Part shown: piece by piece, positions 1 to 11,809 of the stretch
How the letters are laid out: the number at the start of each line of letters is the position of its first letter
Position numbering within the stretch: position 1 is the first letter of the stretch
Assembly (NCBI RefSeq): GCF_004010195.1
Contig: NC_057755.1
Location: forward strand, 1,997,803 to 2,061,802
Source: Chiloscyllium plagiosum
Lineage: Eukaryota
DNA length: 64,000 nucleotides
Reading direction: 5' to 3'
The notes under the pieces: model-generated
Database searches by the model: none
What the model saw: only the letters and a program-made list of their open reading frames with translations
What the model was told of the DNA's origin: nothing
Translations under genes and position numbers: made by a program

Positions 1-160
1 ACACTTAGATGCATCTGGATGGGTATATGAATAGGAAGGGTTAAGAGGGATATGGGCCAAGTGCTGGCAAGTGCGATTAGATAATTTTGGATATCTGGAG
101 GGCATGGATGAGTTGGATCGAAGGGTGTGTTTCCGTGCTGTACATCTCTGTGACTCTAGA
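1..160 (+). mobile_element. CR1 LINE 3' end
   Basis: Matches the 3' UTR shared by other CR1 copies in the window (gagggatatgggccaagtgctggcaa...tacatctctgtgactcta). Confidence 0.75.
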
Positions 161-2514
161 ATTAACTAATGCATCAGACTGAAACTGATGCTTTGCAAAT
201 TCAATAAACCATGAAAAATTTACTTACAAATTGTCAACTGTCTGTCTTAGGTTCCTGTGATCACGAGCACCCCAAAAAATCAACAACAGCGTATCATTTG
301 GAAGAATTGTGTTAGATATCAAGTGAGGCCTTTCTTGCCATTGAGACCATCATGTCGCCTTACCAACCAAATCCTGGGGGCTGAGATGAGATTATTACTT
401 GTAAATGGCAAGAGACCTATTAATGGGGATTATTGCTTCTTATGATGATTATTATTACTTAATCTTTCTCATTAATACACAGTATCCTTTTCTACTGCAT
501 TCCGAATGGAAACTAGGTGTCAAGATCTTCTGACACAAACGTTAGTGAATCCCTGTGATACCAGGTTAGCACTTACTTCTCTGGACATCTACCTTGGACA
601 CCAAGCATCACCATCTCAAGGCGTGCTCAACTGGCAACAGCCACATGCACCCCATGTCGATTGACACTGGCATCCAACATGTAGCATCTGACATGTGCTA
701 TCCTTTGCATCATTGCAGCACAGCAACTACCTTCTTACAATCCGTATTTATACTGCCAGACTGCTAGGACTATTTGTGCAAAAGAACAGGGAACCAGTTC
801 ACAGACTAGATGAGTCTGCATCTCTGTTGATATCATAATACTCACTGCCTTGTGCCTCGTTGGTGTGTTGCTTTGCCTTTTTTAATTTTGGCCCCTCAGC
901 TTGACCTTAAAGATCAAAATATGTTATCTCTGTGCTGTTTAGTGAAAGCAGCTTCGGCAGCAACTGTAGGGAGAAAACAGAGTTAACATTTCAAGTTCTG
1001 GTGACTTTTCATCAGAATGCCAAACATGCTGTATATTTTACTAGCAGTTGATCATGCTTAAAAAACTAATGAGAGTAGGTCTCAGTCAAATCTGGGATGA
1101 CTCCCTTCAGTCTAGGTGTACAAGGTGTACAATAAGTCAAAGGCAGTATCTGATGTCTGTCCAGCTGTTTGGATGTGTCAGAGAGCTAGCTGATCAACAA
1201 CAGTCAGGATAAGGGAATTGCACATCTTCAGTGCCTTCAAGTGGGTCACAGACTGCCTTTTGGATCCTGGTACAACCTGTTGTGGAACACAGTCGGGGAC
1301 CTCTTTGTCCAGCTAATTCTCTCAAGAGAATGGAGTCTAATCTATCCTTTGGCTCCATCCACTAAAAGTCAAGAAGGGTGATCAGGGCTGCTGCAGCAGG
1401 AGGGAACATGGGAATTTAATTGTGGGATTGCAGTCAGATGGCTTTGATGCAAAGGAAATTACAATGCTGAAAGGGGACAACTCAATATATAAGGTGGGGA
1501 GATGATAGAGAGTAGAAAAGGATTATGCAAGGTGAGGGGAAAGAGATGGAATCCAACGTGGATCTCTGGCTAACCACTGAGCCACTGTACTGCCATTTGT
1601 TTGAGAATGCATCAAAGACTGTGAATCTCTCACATTGCATTGTTTCATGGTTCAAAGAATGTCCTTGGAAGCAGAGAGCAGTTTGTCTAATACCTTGCAA
1701 TATTGACATTGAGATATTACAGAAAGAGATGGACATGCCCAGGTTTGACCCGCCTCCGCAATTGGGTCTGATTCAAGAATTTGGAATCCTTTCTCACTTA
1801 TCTCTTGCCACAAAAATATTGTAAGTTGCAGAAAGTGCAATAAAATATTCCATCTCCAAACATGATGGTTCACTCAGAAACATCCGAGCACAATTGTAGT
1901 GGAAATACACCTTAATGTGTACACTCTGTCTCAGGAATACTACCCAATTTCAAACCTTTGCCACATTACAGAGGGAGAGGATTGTTGACTTTAATTAGCA
2001 TCGAGACTTCCATGGAGAGACAGTACACTAATAGACTTGGTTTCTTCATATGCCTGGAGTTGGAGGGTGGTACAGTGGTAGATAGACAAGTTAGGTGGGG
2101 ACTTCGGGAAATGCAAAGTCAATGGTGTCATCTGATGAGTGTTTAACTAAAACAAAAAGACTGAGCCTGAGACTCACTGTATATACTCCTAGCTCGTCAG
2201 CCCTGACCAAGAACTCCTAATCACAGCTCTACCCTTGTATTGGTTGAGATTTTCTAATCAACATGTTCAAGAAATGTTATTACACACCACTGAAACAATT
2301 GGGACTTGAAACCACACCTCCTGGCTCAGAGTTAGGGTCACTACCACTGTGCCACAGGAACCCTCTTTGAGTTATATGTTAGCTCAGTTGGCTGAGCAGC
2401 TGCATATGTGACACCAACAGTGCAGGTTAATTCCTGCACCAGCTGAGGTTACCATGTCTTCTCAGTCTGACATTTTCTTTAATTTCAAAAATACATTTTA
2501 TTCATAAAGAAAAT

Positions 2515-3022
2515 TGTGTACAGTTTTGGTCACCTTGTTACAAGAAGGACATAAGGAAAGAATGCAAAGAAGATTTACAAGGATGTTGCCAGGACTAGTA
2601 GGCCTGAGCTTTAGGGAGTGATTGGCCAGAATAGGACTTTTATCCTTGGTGTGTAGGAGAATGAGGGATGACCTTATTGTGGTCTATAAAATCATAGATA
2701 AAATGAAAGTATGTAGTCCTTTTCCAAGGGTTGTGGCATTGAAAACTAGAGGGCAAAGGATTCAGGTGAGAGGGGAAAGATTTAAGAAGGACCTGAGGGA
2801 CAACTTCTTCACATAGAGTGGTGGAATGGGCTGCCAGAGAAAGTGGTTGAGGCAGATACAATAGCAACATTTAAAAAACATTTGGATAGGTGCATGGATG
2901 GGAAAGCTTAGATGGATAAGAACTAAATGTGGGCAATTGGAACTAGCTGAGTGGGCACCATAGTCAGCATGAACCAGTTTGGGCTGAAGGGCATGTTTCC
3001 ATGCTGTATTACTCTATGACTT
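2515..3022 (+). mobile_element. CR1 LINE 3' fragment
   Basis: RRMRDDLIVVYKII...RGERFKKDLRDNFFT and a ctctatgact tail. Confidence 0.8.
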
Positions 3023-3307
3023 TAATATCTTTTTAAGTATACATAGTCACAAATGCAATTCTATACAGTAACATTTCAAGGAAACAAACATTGGAGTTTG
3101 GCGATCTTACAAACAACCAAATGCAACTCTTACTTTGTAATATTATATTTCCATATAATTGAGATATTGGGAAGGTCCGATTACTTGACAGACCCACATT
3201 TAACTTTGTCAGGAAGACCTCAAACAGTGGTCTTTCCCCATTGCGCGTTGGTGGCAGCTGTCCCAAGCTTTAATGTGTCCCTCAACATATATTTCTGGAC
3301 CTTAGAA

Positions 3308-3807
3308 NNNNNNNNNNNNNNNNNNNNNNNNNNNNNNNNNNNNNNNNNNNNNNNNNNNNNNNNNNNNNNNNNNNNNNNNNNNNNNNNNNNNNNNNNNNNN
3401 NNNNNNNNNNNNNNNNNNNNNNNNNNNNNNNNNNNNNNNNNNNNNNNNNNNNNNNNNNNNNNNNNNNNNNNNNNNNNNNNNNNNNNNNNNNNNNNNNNNN
3501 NNNNNNNNNNNNNNNNNNNNNNNNNNNNNNNNNNNNNNNNNNNNNNNNNNNNNNNNNNNNNNNNNNNNNNNNNNNNNNNNNNNNNNNNNNNNNNNNNNNN
3601 NNNNNNNNNNNNNNNNNNNNNNNNNNNNNNNNNNNNNNNNNNNNNNNNNNNNNNNNNNNNNNNNNNNNNNNNNNNNNNNNNNNNNNNNNNNNNNNNNNNN
3701 NNNNNNNNNNNNNNNNNNNNNNNNNNNNNNNNNNNNNNNNNNNNNNNNNNNNNNNNNNNNNNNNNNNNNNNNNNNNNNNNNNNNNNNNNNNNNNNNNNNN
3801 NNNNNNN
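3308..3807. other. Assembly gap (500 N)
   Basis: Run of N. Confidence 1.
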
Positions 3808-4292
3808 GAACCCCTCCTGTGCTCTATGACTTTCTCAGACTTCAGGAAACTGTCCTACACTTTTATTGTGGGGAACTGGAGAAGGCACAATAATTTCATG
3901 CAGCTATTTTTCCTGGAACTGATGGCCCTTAGATTTTCATTACTGGAGGTGCTGGTCACACGTACAATCCTACAAATAAGGCTGTGATGTGCCTCCGTGT
4001 CTGGTACACACTTCTATTGCCACATTAAAACCCAAATTACGGGTAGTATTGTAGGGTCTGCAGCTACCAGGATGTTTGGAAACTGTCTGTGAGTAGCTGC
4101 TACCTGTCTGGATTCTGCAGGATGTTGATTGACACAGTCACTTTGTCAAGGCAGGCTTCCATTTCCCAGCATCCTTTACTCCTTGTCTAATTTTACCAAA
4201 TTCCGACATAAATCATTTTTTTTAAGCAACCTGTGTGGCCACTTGTTCCTGAACGGGAACCGTGTTGGATCACCTCATAAAAGACAAAGGCA

Positions 4293-4410
4293 AAAGTGAA
4301 GACTGCAGATGTTGGAAGGACTGATGAAGGGCTTTTACCCGAAACGTTGACTTTCCTGCTGCTCGGATGCTGCCTGACCTGCTGTGATTTTCGAGTACCA
4401 CTCTAATCTA
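4293..4410. mobile_element. PLE family A 3'-end fragments
   Basis: ctgatgaagggcttttacccgaaacgttg plus tail. Similar solo fragments lie at ~5628-5752, 8925-9040, 30080-30185, 48475-48562, 52890-52985, 58825-58975 and 61350-61555. Confidence 0.7.
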
Positions 4411-4667
4411 AACCGTAATACAAAACCAATCTCTGTGCAGTGAGTACACAATCATCCAAGCTCAAGTAAAGCATAATACCTACTTAGATAACTGAACTCT
4501 TACAGGCAGTGAAGTAAATTAAACTGAATAATGACATTGAAGAAATGGGCAAATATAAAACGGTTCACAGCGAAAATTATAATGGCCAAACGTTATGAAG
4601 TCACACAATAAAAGGTCATTCATAATAATAAAAAAAATGAACCAACGTTACTCACACACCATGGTAA

Positions 4668-6230
4668 CTAAGATTCCTTAGCCCTTATCAAATATTTACA
4701 ATGCTTCAATAAGCTCAGGGAGACCGTAAGTGGATTGAAATCTGCACATTCAGTTTGTTTGACAGTTTGTTCCCACCAGCTAAATTTAATGGTGTGATAT
4801 ACCAGGGTAACCAGAATTAACAACGCAGTCAGATGTGAGACAAGGCGGACCCAGGGATGGATCACTATGTTGGAGCCGCAGTGCCAGAAATCCTCCCACA
4901 AAGTCGTTAATTTATTCTCTTTATTCCCTGTTTGGCATCATGGGCCTGCTGTTCACCCCTTGGAGAAGATTCTATGGGCTGTGACAAACCCAGCTCGATG
5001 CTGGCGTAACTCCTCCAGCAGGGGCTGGGGGACAGTGTGGTACTTCTCCAGACTTTTCCCCAGAGTCTGCCGGAGTTCCTCACTCACATTGAATAGCCCC
5101 CTCTCCCTTTTATGTCTATTAATGAGCTGGACTAGGCCTGTGCTGGCTGGCATGTGGACCCTAATGCTGAGGGTGTTGTTGTCGATATTATATTGGGCTG
5201 TCCCATACTGATAAGGGCCAAGTGTGGTTGTGAGGCCATACTGCCCTTCCCCTGTTACCCTGGTTATATTGGTGTCCAGGGTATAAGCCTCCACGATGCA
5301 CTTCAGGTTGGTGTTTGTCCTGAAGACACACAGTGCATGTTCATTTCAGTATATTGGGTACGGGCATGGTAAAACAGTGTTAGTTTGTTGACTCATCCAA
5401 AGTGGTGCCTGTGAGCTTCATGTCCTTCTCTACTGTGCACAGTAGGGTGTCATCGTATCCTATTCTTAGGTCCTCGTGAATAGTGCTTATGTTTTCTACT
5501 TCGAACATCCTTAGTCCAATTCAGTCGTGTTTCATTTGGAGTCCTAATACCATCTTAATGCTTCCCAGGAGTCCTTTTCCACTCATCATTGAACCAAACC
5601 TTGGTCAGTGGTCACAGTTGGCAGTCCGGGAGAAATTGAGGACTGCAGACGCTGGAGAGGCAGAGTCGAAAAGTGTGGCGCTGGAATAGCAGGTCAGGCA
5701 GCATCTGAGGAGCAGGAGAGTCAACGTTTCAGGCATCAGCCCTTCATCAGGGATGTTGGCAGTGTGATAATTTGAGGTGTTTGCTTCTCTGAAATAGATG
5801 TTCCAAATCGGTGCCAATGAGCCTTAGTTGCTGTCTCCTGTGGACAGTAGGGTGTTGTCAAATTATAACCATAGGCCCTCGTGAATAGCAACGTTTCAGG
5901 CATCAGCCCTTCATCAGGGATGTTGGCAGTGTGATAATTTAGGGTGTTTGTTTCTCTGAAATAGATGTTCCAAATCGGTGCCAATGAGCCTTAGTTGCTC
6001 TCTACTGTGGACAGTAGGGTGTTGTCATATTATAACCATAGGCCCTCGTGAATAGTGCCTGTGTTCGTGGTTGGTCCAGGATGGAACCTGAACCTGCCAA
6101 ACCTGATCGGGATTTCCCTCAACTGTTCTCTCATCCATTGTGCGGACATGCTGCACAGCGCCCGGTTCTGTTGTTCTATCTCAGGGCACCCATTGTTTGA
6201 GAATCCCCCTCCCCCCCCAGCCCAATTCAG
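4668..6230 (-). pseudogene. Degraded envelope-like glycoprotein of an LTR element/endogenous retrovirus
   Basis: Cys-rich ectodomain pieces (CPYPIY*NEHALCVFRTNTNLKCIVE), N-X-T sequons, a predicted helical segment, then a Trp-rich stretch and hydrophobic TM (WEDFWH...LTALLILVTLVY) in one frame across two stops. It lies downstream of the protease on the same strand. Confidence 0.45.
5723..6056. repeat. 167-bp tandem duplication, each unit starting with a PLE hammerhead core (minus strand)
   Basis: Units start at 5723 and 5890. Duplicated ORFs MAPIWNIYFRE are offset by 167. Confidence 0.85.
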
Positions 6231-6719
6231 GGTTTCCGTGAAGGATTGTACCTCGGTCGCTGGTTATTATAGTTGTGGGTATGTTGGCCGAGCGGAGAAG
6301 TTGGTTCGCAGATGTTTTATCCCCTATCTAGGTGAAATCCTCTGTGCTTTGGAGCCTCCTGTAAAGCGCTGCTATACTGTGTCTTGTGGAGTTCATTTGG
6401 TTCCATTCCTACCTTTCGATTGCTGATTCCAGTAGTTTCTTGCAGTCTGAAATGTTTGTAAACCAACTTCCCGAAGTGGCCAACATACCCACAACTACAA
6501 CAATCCCCACCAATCACCCGTTATTTCTACGCTCAGGAAACAATCATCTGTTTTATACGCTACCCGCTGGTTGGTGCATCCAAATATTATACTCCTATTG
6601 GGATGTACCCACATTCGCTGGCATCCAATGGGCCAAACCATAAATATCCAGGGGACATCCAGTGGGCCAAACCATAAATATCCTGGGGATGTGTCCCCAG
6701 GTTTGTTTGATGTCTCCTG

Positions 6720-6927
6720 CTGAAAAATGTGTTGCTGGAAAAGCGCAGCAGGTCAGGCAGCATCCAAGGAGCAAGAGAATCGACGTTCTGGGAATAAGCC
6801 CTTCTTCAGGCTAATGCCCGAAACGTCGATTCTCCTGCTCCTTGGATGCTGCCTGACCTGCTGCGCTTTTCCAGCAACACATGTTTCAGCTCTGATCTTC
6901 AGTATCTGCAGTCCTCAATTTCTCCTA
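6720..6927. mobile_element. PLE family A mini inverted pair (3' ends only)
   Basis: Two inverted copies of the gctggaaaagcgcagcaggtcaggcagcatcc tail. Target duplication tttgat(g/a)tctcctg at 6706-6719 and 6928-6941. Confidence 0.8.
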
Positions 6928-7339
6928 TTTGATATCTCCTGTGGCTGGTCCTCAATGACGATAATGATCCTGATGAGGTATATCATGTTTGTGTTTCATG
7001 CAATCATGGCTATCCCAGGGGGAGATTAAGGTTGATTCTGTTGTAATCTTTGTTTAATAGCTGACTAGTTTCTACACAGTACTCTATCGTATCCATACTA
7101 ACCCTTTCCCCAGTTTTGTTTTTAAGAAAACAATAACAATTCGAAAACTTGTAATGTGAACCCCAGTTGGCATGTTCAGCTGGGTTTTCAGAGGCAGGTC
7201 GGATCTAACTTTATTATCTAGTGGTCGGGTGTGGACTATTTCAATGACCCGACCATGATGTGTTTTTAAAGACAAGTGTCGATGAAGATAGTCTGCTAAA
7301 TGGACCATCAAGTACGATAATCAATTTAACGTTAAGTAG

Positions 7340-7717
7340 GCCTTTTCTCATTGGAACAGCGAAGGATGAGGGGTTACTTGATAGAGGTTTATAAGATGAT
7401 CGGAGGAATAGATAGAGTAGACAGTCAGAAACTTTTTCCCCGGGTACAACAGATTGTTACAAGGGGACATAAATTTAAGGTAAAGGGTGGAAGGTATAGG
7501 GGAGATGTCAGGGGTGGGTTCTTTACCCAGAGAGTGGTGGGGGCATGGAATGCGCTGCCTGTGGGAGTGGTAGAGTCAGAATCTTTGGTGACCTTTAAGC
7601 GGCAATTGGATAGGTACATGGATAGGTGCTTAAGCTGGGACAAATGTTCGGAACAACATCGTGGGCCGAAGGGCCTGATTTGTGCTGTATTGTTCTATGT
7701 TCTATGTTCTATGTTCT
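7340..7717 (+). mobile_element. CR1 LINE 3' fragment
   Basis: RRMRGYLIEVYKMI...FFTQRVVGAWNALP; (tgttcta)4 tail. Confidence 0.85.
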
Positions 7718-8154
7718 ACCAATGTGAACGGTGTCAAGAGACCAGTGGTTTACATATAAATTAAAGAAATGAGGGACACCAAAGAACAGTAACCTGATTA
7801 ATGCCATCAGTGTCCACAGGAAGACGAGTTGGAAGACAGATGAGGTCCGTGTGAGCGTGCACTATCAGAAACAGTAGGACCCTGCCTTTCATGGCTGCCA
7901 GGATCCATTATATCTCCTGGATTAGTGACTGAGTGAGTTTGTTAAGTAGGCAGGCCACAGAGGTTTTGAATCCTCTGTCTCCAGAGGCATGGCCACGTTA
8001 AATCATTTCGGTTCACATGTTTGTATCTAGTCATTCCCTCCAGTGGTGAGCAATGGAATGACCGTCTGGGAGTCTAAGCTCATCTGTTTAGTCAGTACTA
8101 GACGTCTTGTGGTATTACGGACTAATGCACCTAACTTATATATCCCTGACCATT

Positions 8155-8330
8155 ATGGGTGATTTAGAATGACCATTTCATGCAACTTGCATATCTTTGG
8201 ATTGTGGGAGGAAACCCGCGCAGACACAGAGAGAATAGGCAAACTCCATACAGACAGAGGGCCGAGGCTGGAATCAAACCGGGTCTCTAACATGTTAGGC
8301 AGCAGTGCATTCCCAATCGTGCTGCCTCGA
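8155..8330 (-). mobile_element. HE1/V-SINE-like fragment (related copies at 8622-8740 + and 37345-37725 -)
   Basis: Core sequence ggattgtgggaggaaacccgcgcagacac...gcaaactccatacagac. Confidence 0.72.
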
Positions 8331-8620
8331 TTAGCATAATGGCCCATTGAGATGACGGATGGGGCATTAATAACTGTGCCTAGGGGATGGGTGACTGAAA
8401 TAGTAGGGTGCTGGCACGTAATGTCGCCCAGTTTAAAGTCTATCAGTTCTGTCGCATACCCCTCGAGTACTTGGTAAGTCAACCCACTTGAAACAGTAGC
8501 CCCTGTGGCTTCTCAAGGTAAATTATTAAACCGAGAGACAGTCAGGGTTTTGCAAGAACTTCCAGTATCCCAAAGGAATTCTGCAGGATAGCCTCCGACC
8601 TCCCCATCGATTGCTGATCG
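8330..8620 (-). pseudogene. Retroviral-type aspartic protease remnant
   Basis: Minus frame reads IDGEVGGYPAEFLWDTGSSCKTL...P*EATGATVSSGLTYQVLEGYATELIDFKLG, with the catalytic DTG at 8561-8569 and one in-frame stop. Confidence 0.6.
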
Positions 8621-9402
8621 ACAGGGTGGCACGGTGGCTCAGCGACTGGAACTGTTGCCTCACAGCGCTAGGGAACTGGACTCAATTCCAGCCTCGGGTG
8701 ACTATCTGTGTGGAGTTTGGACATTCTACCTGTGTCTACACCTCCTCTGAATCAGGTTGTGAGGTGCTTCGATAACTGGTGCACACCTTGATGTTTCCGA
8801 TTGTCCTGGGGATGACATTCTGTTGTCACTTTCAAACCCTAATCCGGGTGGATACTTTCGGATCTGCAGCTACCAGGTTGTTTGCCGACTGTCTGTGAGT
8901 AGCTGCAGTGTCATAAAGTGCAAACTGTGATGAAGAGCATATTGTCCTGCTCCTTGGATGCTGCCTGACCTGCTGTGCTTTCAGTGCCACACGTTTTGAC
9001 TCTGACCCTCCAGCATCTGCACTCCTCAATTTCTCCTGTTGGTAGTTGCAGCCTGTCTGCATTCTGCAGCATGTTGATCAACACAGTCACTCTGTTCAAG
9101 GCAGGTTTCCATTTCCCAGCATACTTTAATCGTTGTCCAGCTTTTGTAACTCCAGTATAAGCTCATTATTTTCCATCATAAATTAATAATGTTGAGTGGG
9201 CCGTCCAGCCACAATATGAAATAAATCACAAACACAGTCATATGTTTCAAAGTGATTGGAGTAATAAAATAACAACTAATGCTTTGATTAACCAAGGTTT
9301 GTGTATGTGTATCAGTGCAGTAATGTACATCGTCTTACATCAGTCATCATGTGTGATTCTTTGACAGCTGTATAATTTTCAACGTTATTGTTTGGTCTTA
9401 AT

Positions 9403-11800
9403 AGAGTCATAGAATCATAGAGATGTACAGCATGGAAACAGACCCTTCGGTCCAAACCCGTCCATGCCGACCAGATATTCCAACCCAATCTAGTCCCACC
9501 TATCTATCCATATATCCATTCAAATGCCCCTTAAATATTGCAAATGTACCAGCCTCCACCACTTCCTCTGACAGCTCATTCCATATCCAAACCACCCTCT
9601 GTGTGAAACAGTTGTCCCTTAGGTCTCTTTTATATCTTTCCGCTTTCAACCAATGCCCTCTAGTTCTGGACTCCCGACCCCAGGAAAAAGACTTTGCCGA
9701 TTTATCCTATCAATCCCCCTCATAATTTTGTAAACCTCTATAGGATCACCCCTCAGCCTCCGACGCTCAGGGAAAACAGCCCCAGCCTGTTCAGCCTCTC
9801 CTTGTAGCTCAAATCCTCCAATCCTGGCAACATCCTAGTAAATCTTTTCTGAACCCTTTCAAGTTTCACAACATCTTTCCGATAGGAAGGAGACCAGAAT
9901 TACAAGTAATATTCCAACTGTGGCAGAACCCATGTCCTGTACAGCCGCAACTTGACCTCCTAATTCCTGTACTCAATACTCTAACCAATAAGATAAAGCA
10001 AACACCTACTTCGCTCTTCTATCTACCTGTGACTCCACTCACAAGGAGCTATGAGCCTGCACTCCAAGGTCTCTTTGTTCAGTAATGCTCCCAACGACTT
10101 TAGCATGAAGTGTATGAGTCCTGCTAACATTTGCTTTCTCAAAATGCAACACCTCGCATTTATCTGAACAAAACTCCATCTGCCACTTCTCAGCCCTTTA
10201 GCCAATCTAATCAAGATCCTGTGTAATCTAATGTAACCCTCTTCGCTGTCCATGACACCTCCAATTTTGGTGTCATCTGCAAACTTTCTACCTGTACATC
10301 TTATGCTCGCATCCAAATCATTTATGTAAATGACAAAAAGTGGAGGGCCCAGCACCGATCCTTGTGACACTCCACTCGTCACAGGCGACCAGTCCGACAA
10401 ACAACCCTCCCACCACCACCCTCTGTCTTCTACCTTTGAGCCAGTTCCGTATCCAAATGGCTAGTTTTCCTGTATTCCATGAGATCTAACCTTGCTAATC
10501 AGCCTCCAATGGGGAACCTTGTCGAACGCCTTCCTGAAGTCCATATACATCACCTCTACTGCTCTGCCCTCATCAATCCTCTTTGTTACTTCCTCAAAAA
10601 ACCCGATCAAATTTGTGAGACACGTTTTCTCACGCACAAAGCCATGTTGACTAACCTAATCAGTCCTTGCTTTTCCAAATACATGTACCTCCTGTCCCTC
10701 AGGATTCCCTCCAACAACTTGCCCACCCCCGAAGTCAGGCTCACTGATCTATCGTTCCCTGGCTTGTCCTTACCACACTTCTTAAACAGTGGCACCATGT
10801 TTGCCTACCTCCAGTATTCCGGTGCCTCACCTGTGACTAACAATGATACAAATATCTCAGCAAGACGCCCAGGAATCACTTCTTACCTTCCTACAGAATT
10901 CTCGGGTACACCTGATCAGGTCCTGGGATTTATCCACCTTTACCCGTTTCAAGACATCCAGCACTTCCTCCTCTATAATCTGGACATTTTGCAAGATGTC
11001 AGCATCTATTTCCCTACAGTCTATATCTTCCATATCCTTTTCCACAATAAATACTGATGCAAAATTCTCATTTAGTAACTCTTCCATTTTCTGCAGCTCA
11101 CCCAAAGGCTGCCTTGCTGATCGTTGAGGGGCTCTATTCTCTCCCTCGTTACCCGTTTGCCCTTAATGAATTTGTAAGAACCCTTTGGATTCTCCTTAAC
11201 TCTATTTGTCAAAGCTATCTCATGTCCCCTTTCTGCCCTCCTGATTTCCCTCTTAAGTATACTTCTACTTCCTTCATACGGTGATTTTTTTTTTTTTGTC
11301 TCCCGTACCCACCAGTAATTTCCCTCTGCTCCCTTGACCTTTCCGAGTTTATGTTTAGTTTAGATATTCTGTAGGACTGCCTATAATGTTCTGATTTTTT
11401 GTCATGGTCAGAATCATTCTTTGATTGTTCCATCCTCCCCTGTCTGTCTGGTGACACCAATGGGGCTCGAAATCTGGAAATACGACAATTTCTGCTGTTG
11501 TGTAATGTCTGCACGGTGTCTCCAGAATCTCAGTTTTGAAATCCTCCGACTGATTAGTCCGTAACTTCGCTTCAAGATCCAGCTCAAATTCACCAGATAA
11601 TCTCTCAGCTTCATCATATTTGGCTGCAACAAAAATCGAGGTTTGACCCTTGTTGTCTTTGTCTTGTTCTGTATTTACACTCAATGTAAAAGTGTCAATG
11701 TCAATGTCTCAAAAACAATCCATCCCTTCTAATTCATCTGCAAGCCCAGAATCATTTCAGAAGATTAAATCTAGAACTGCTGTCCCTGTCGTGGGCTAGT
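9403..11800 (-). mobile_element. CR1 LINE ORF2 fragments (minus strand)
   Basis: SGVSQGSVLGPPLFVIYINDL, KFADDTKIGG, VPLFKKCGKDKPGNDRSVSLTS; (atgactct)n-type tail at ~9403-9420. Confidence 0.85.
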
Positions 11801-11809
11801 GGGTGCTAA

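Noticed and set aside
240..2150. Short ORFs (e.g. 1525-1824) as host genes
   Set aside because: No recognisable motifs; probably highly decayed retroelement sequence that I cannot classify.
3053..3829. Long ORFs spanning N runs (also 58754-59541)
   Set aside because: Artefacts of assembly gaps.
6235..6300. Integrase core motif (IPTTIITSDRGT)
   Set aside because: The match is short, no other DDE or HHCC motifs are nearby, and the same segment recurs inverted at 6461-6510 with non-integrase-like translation.
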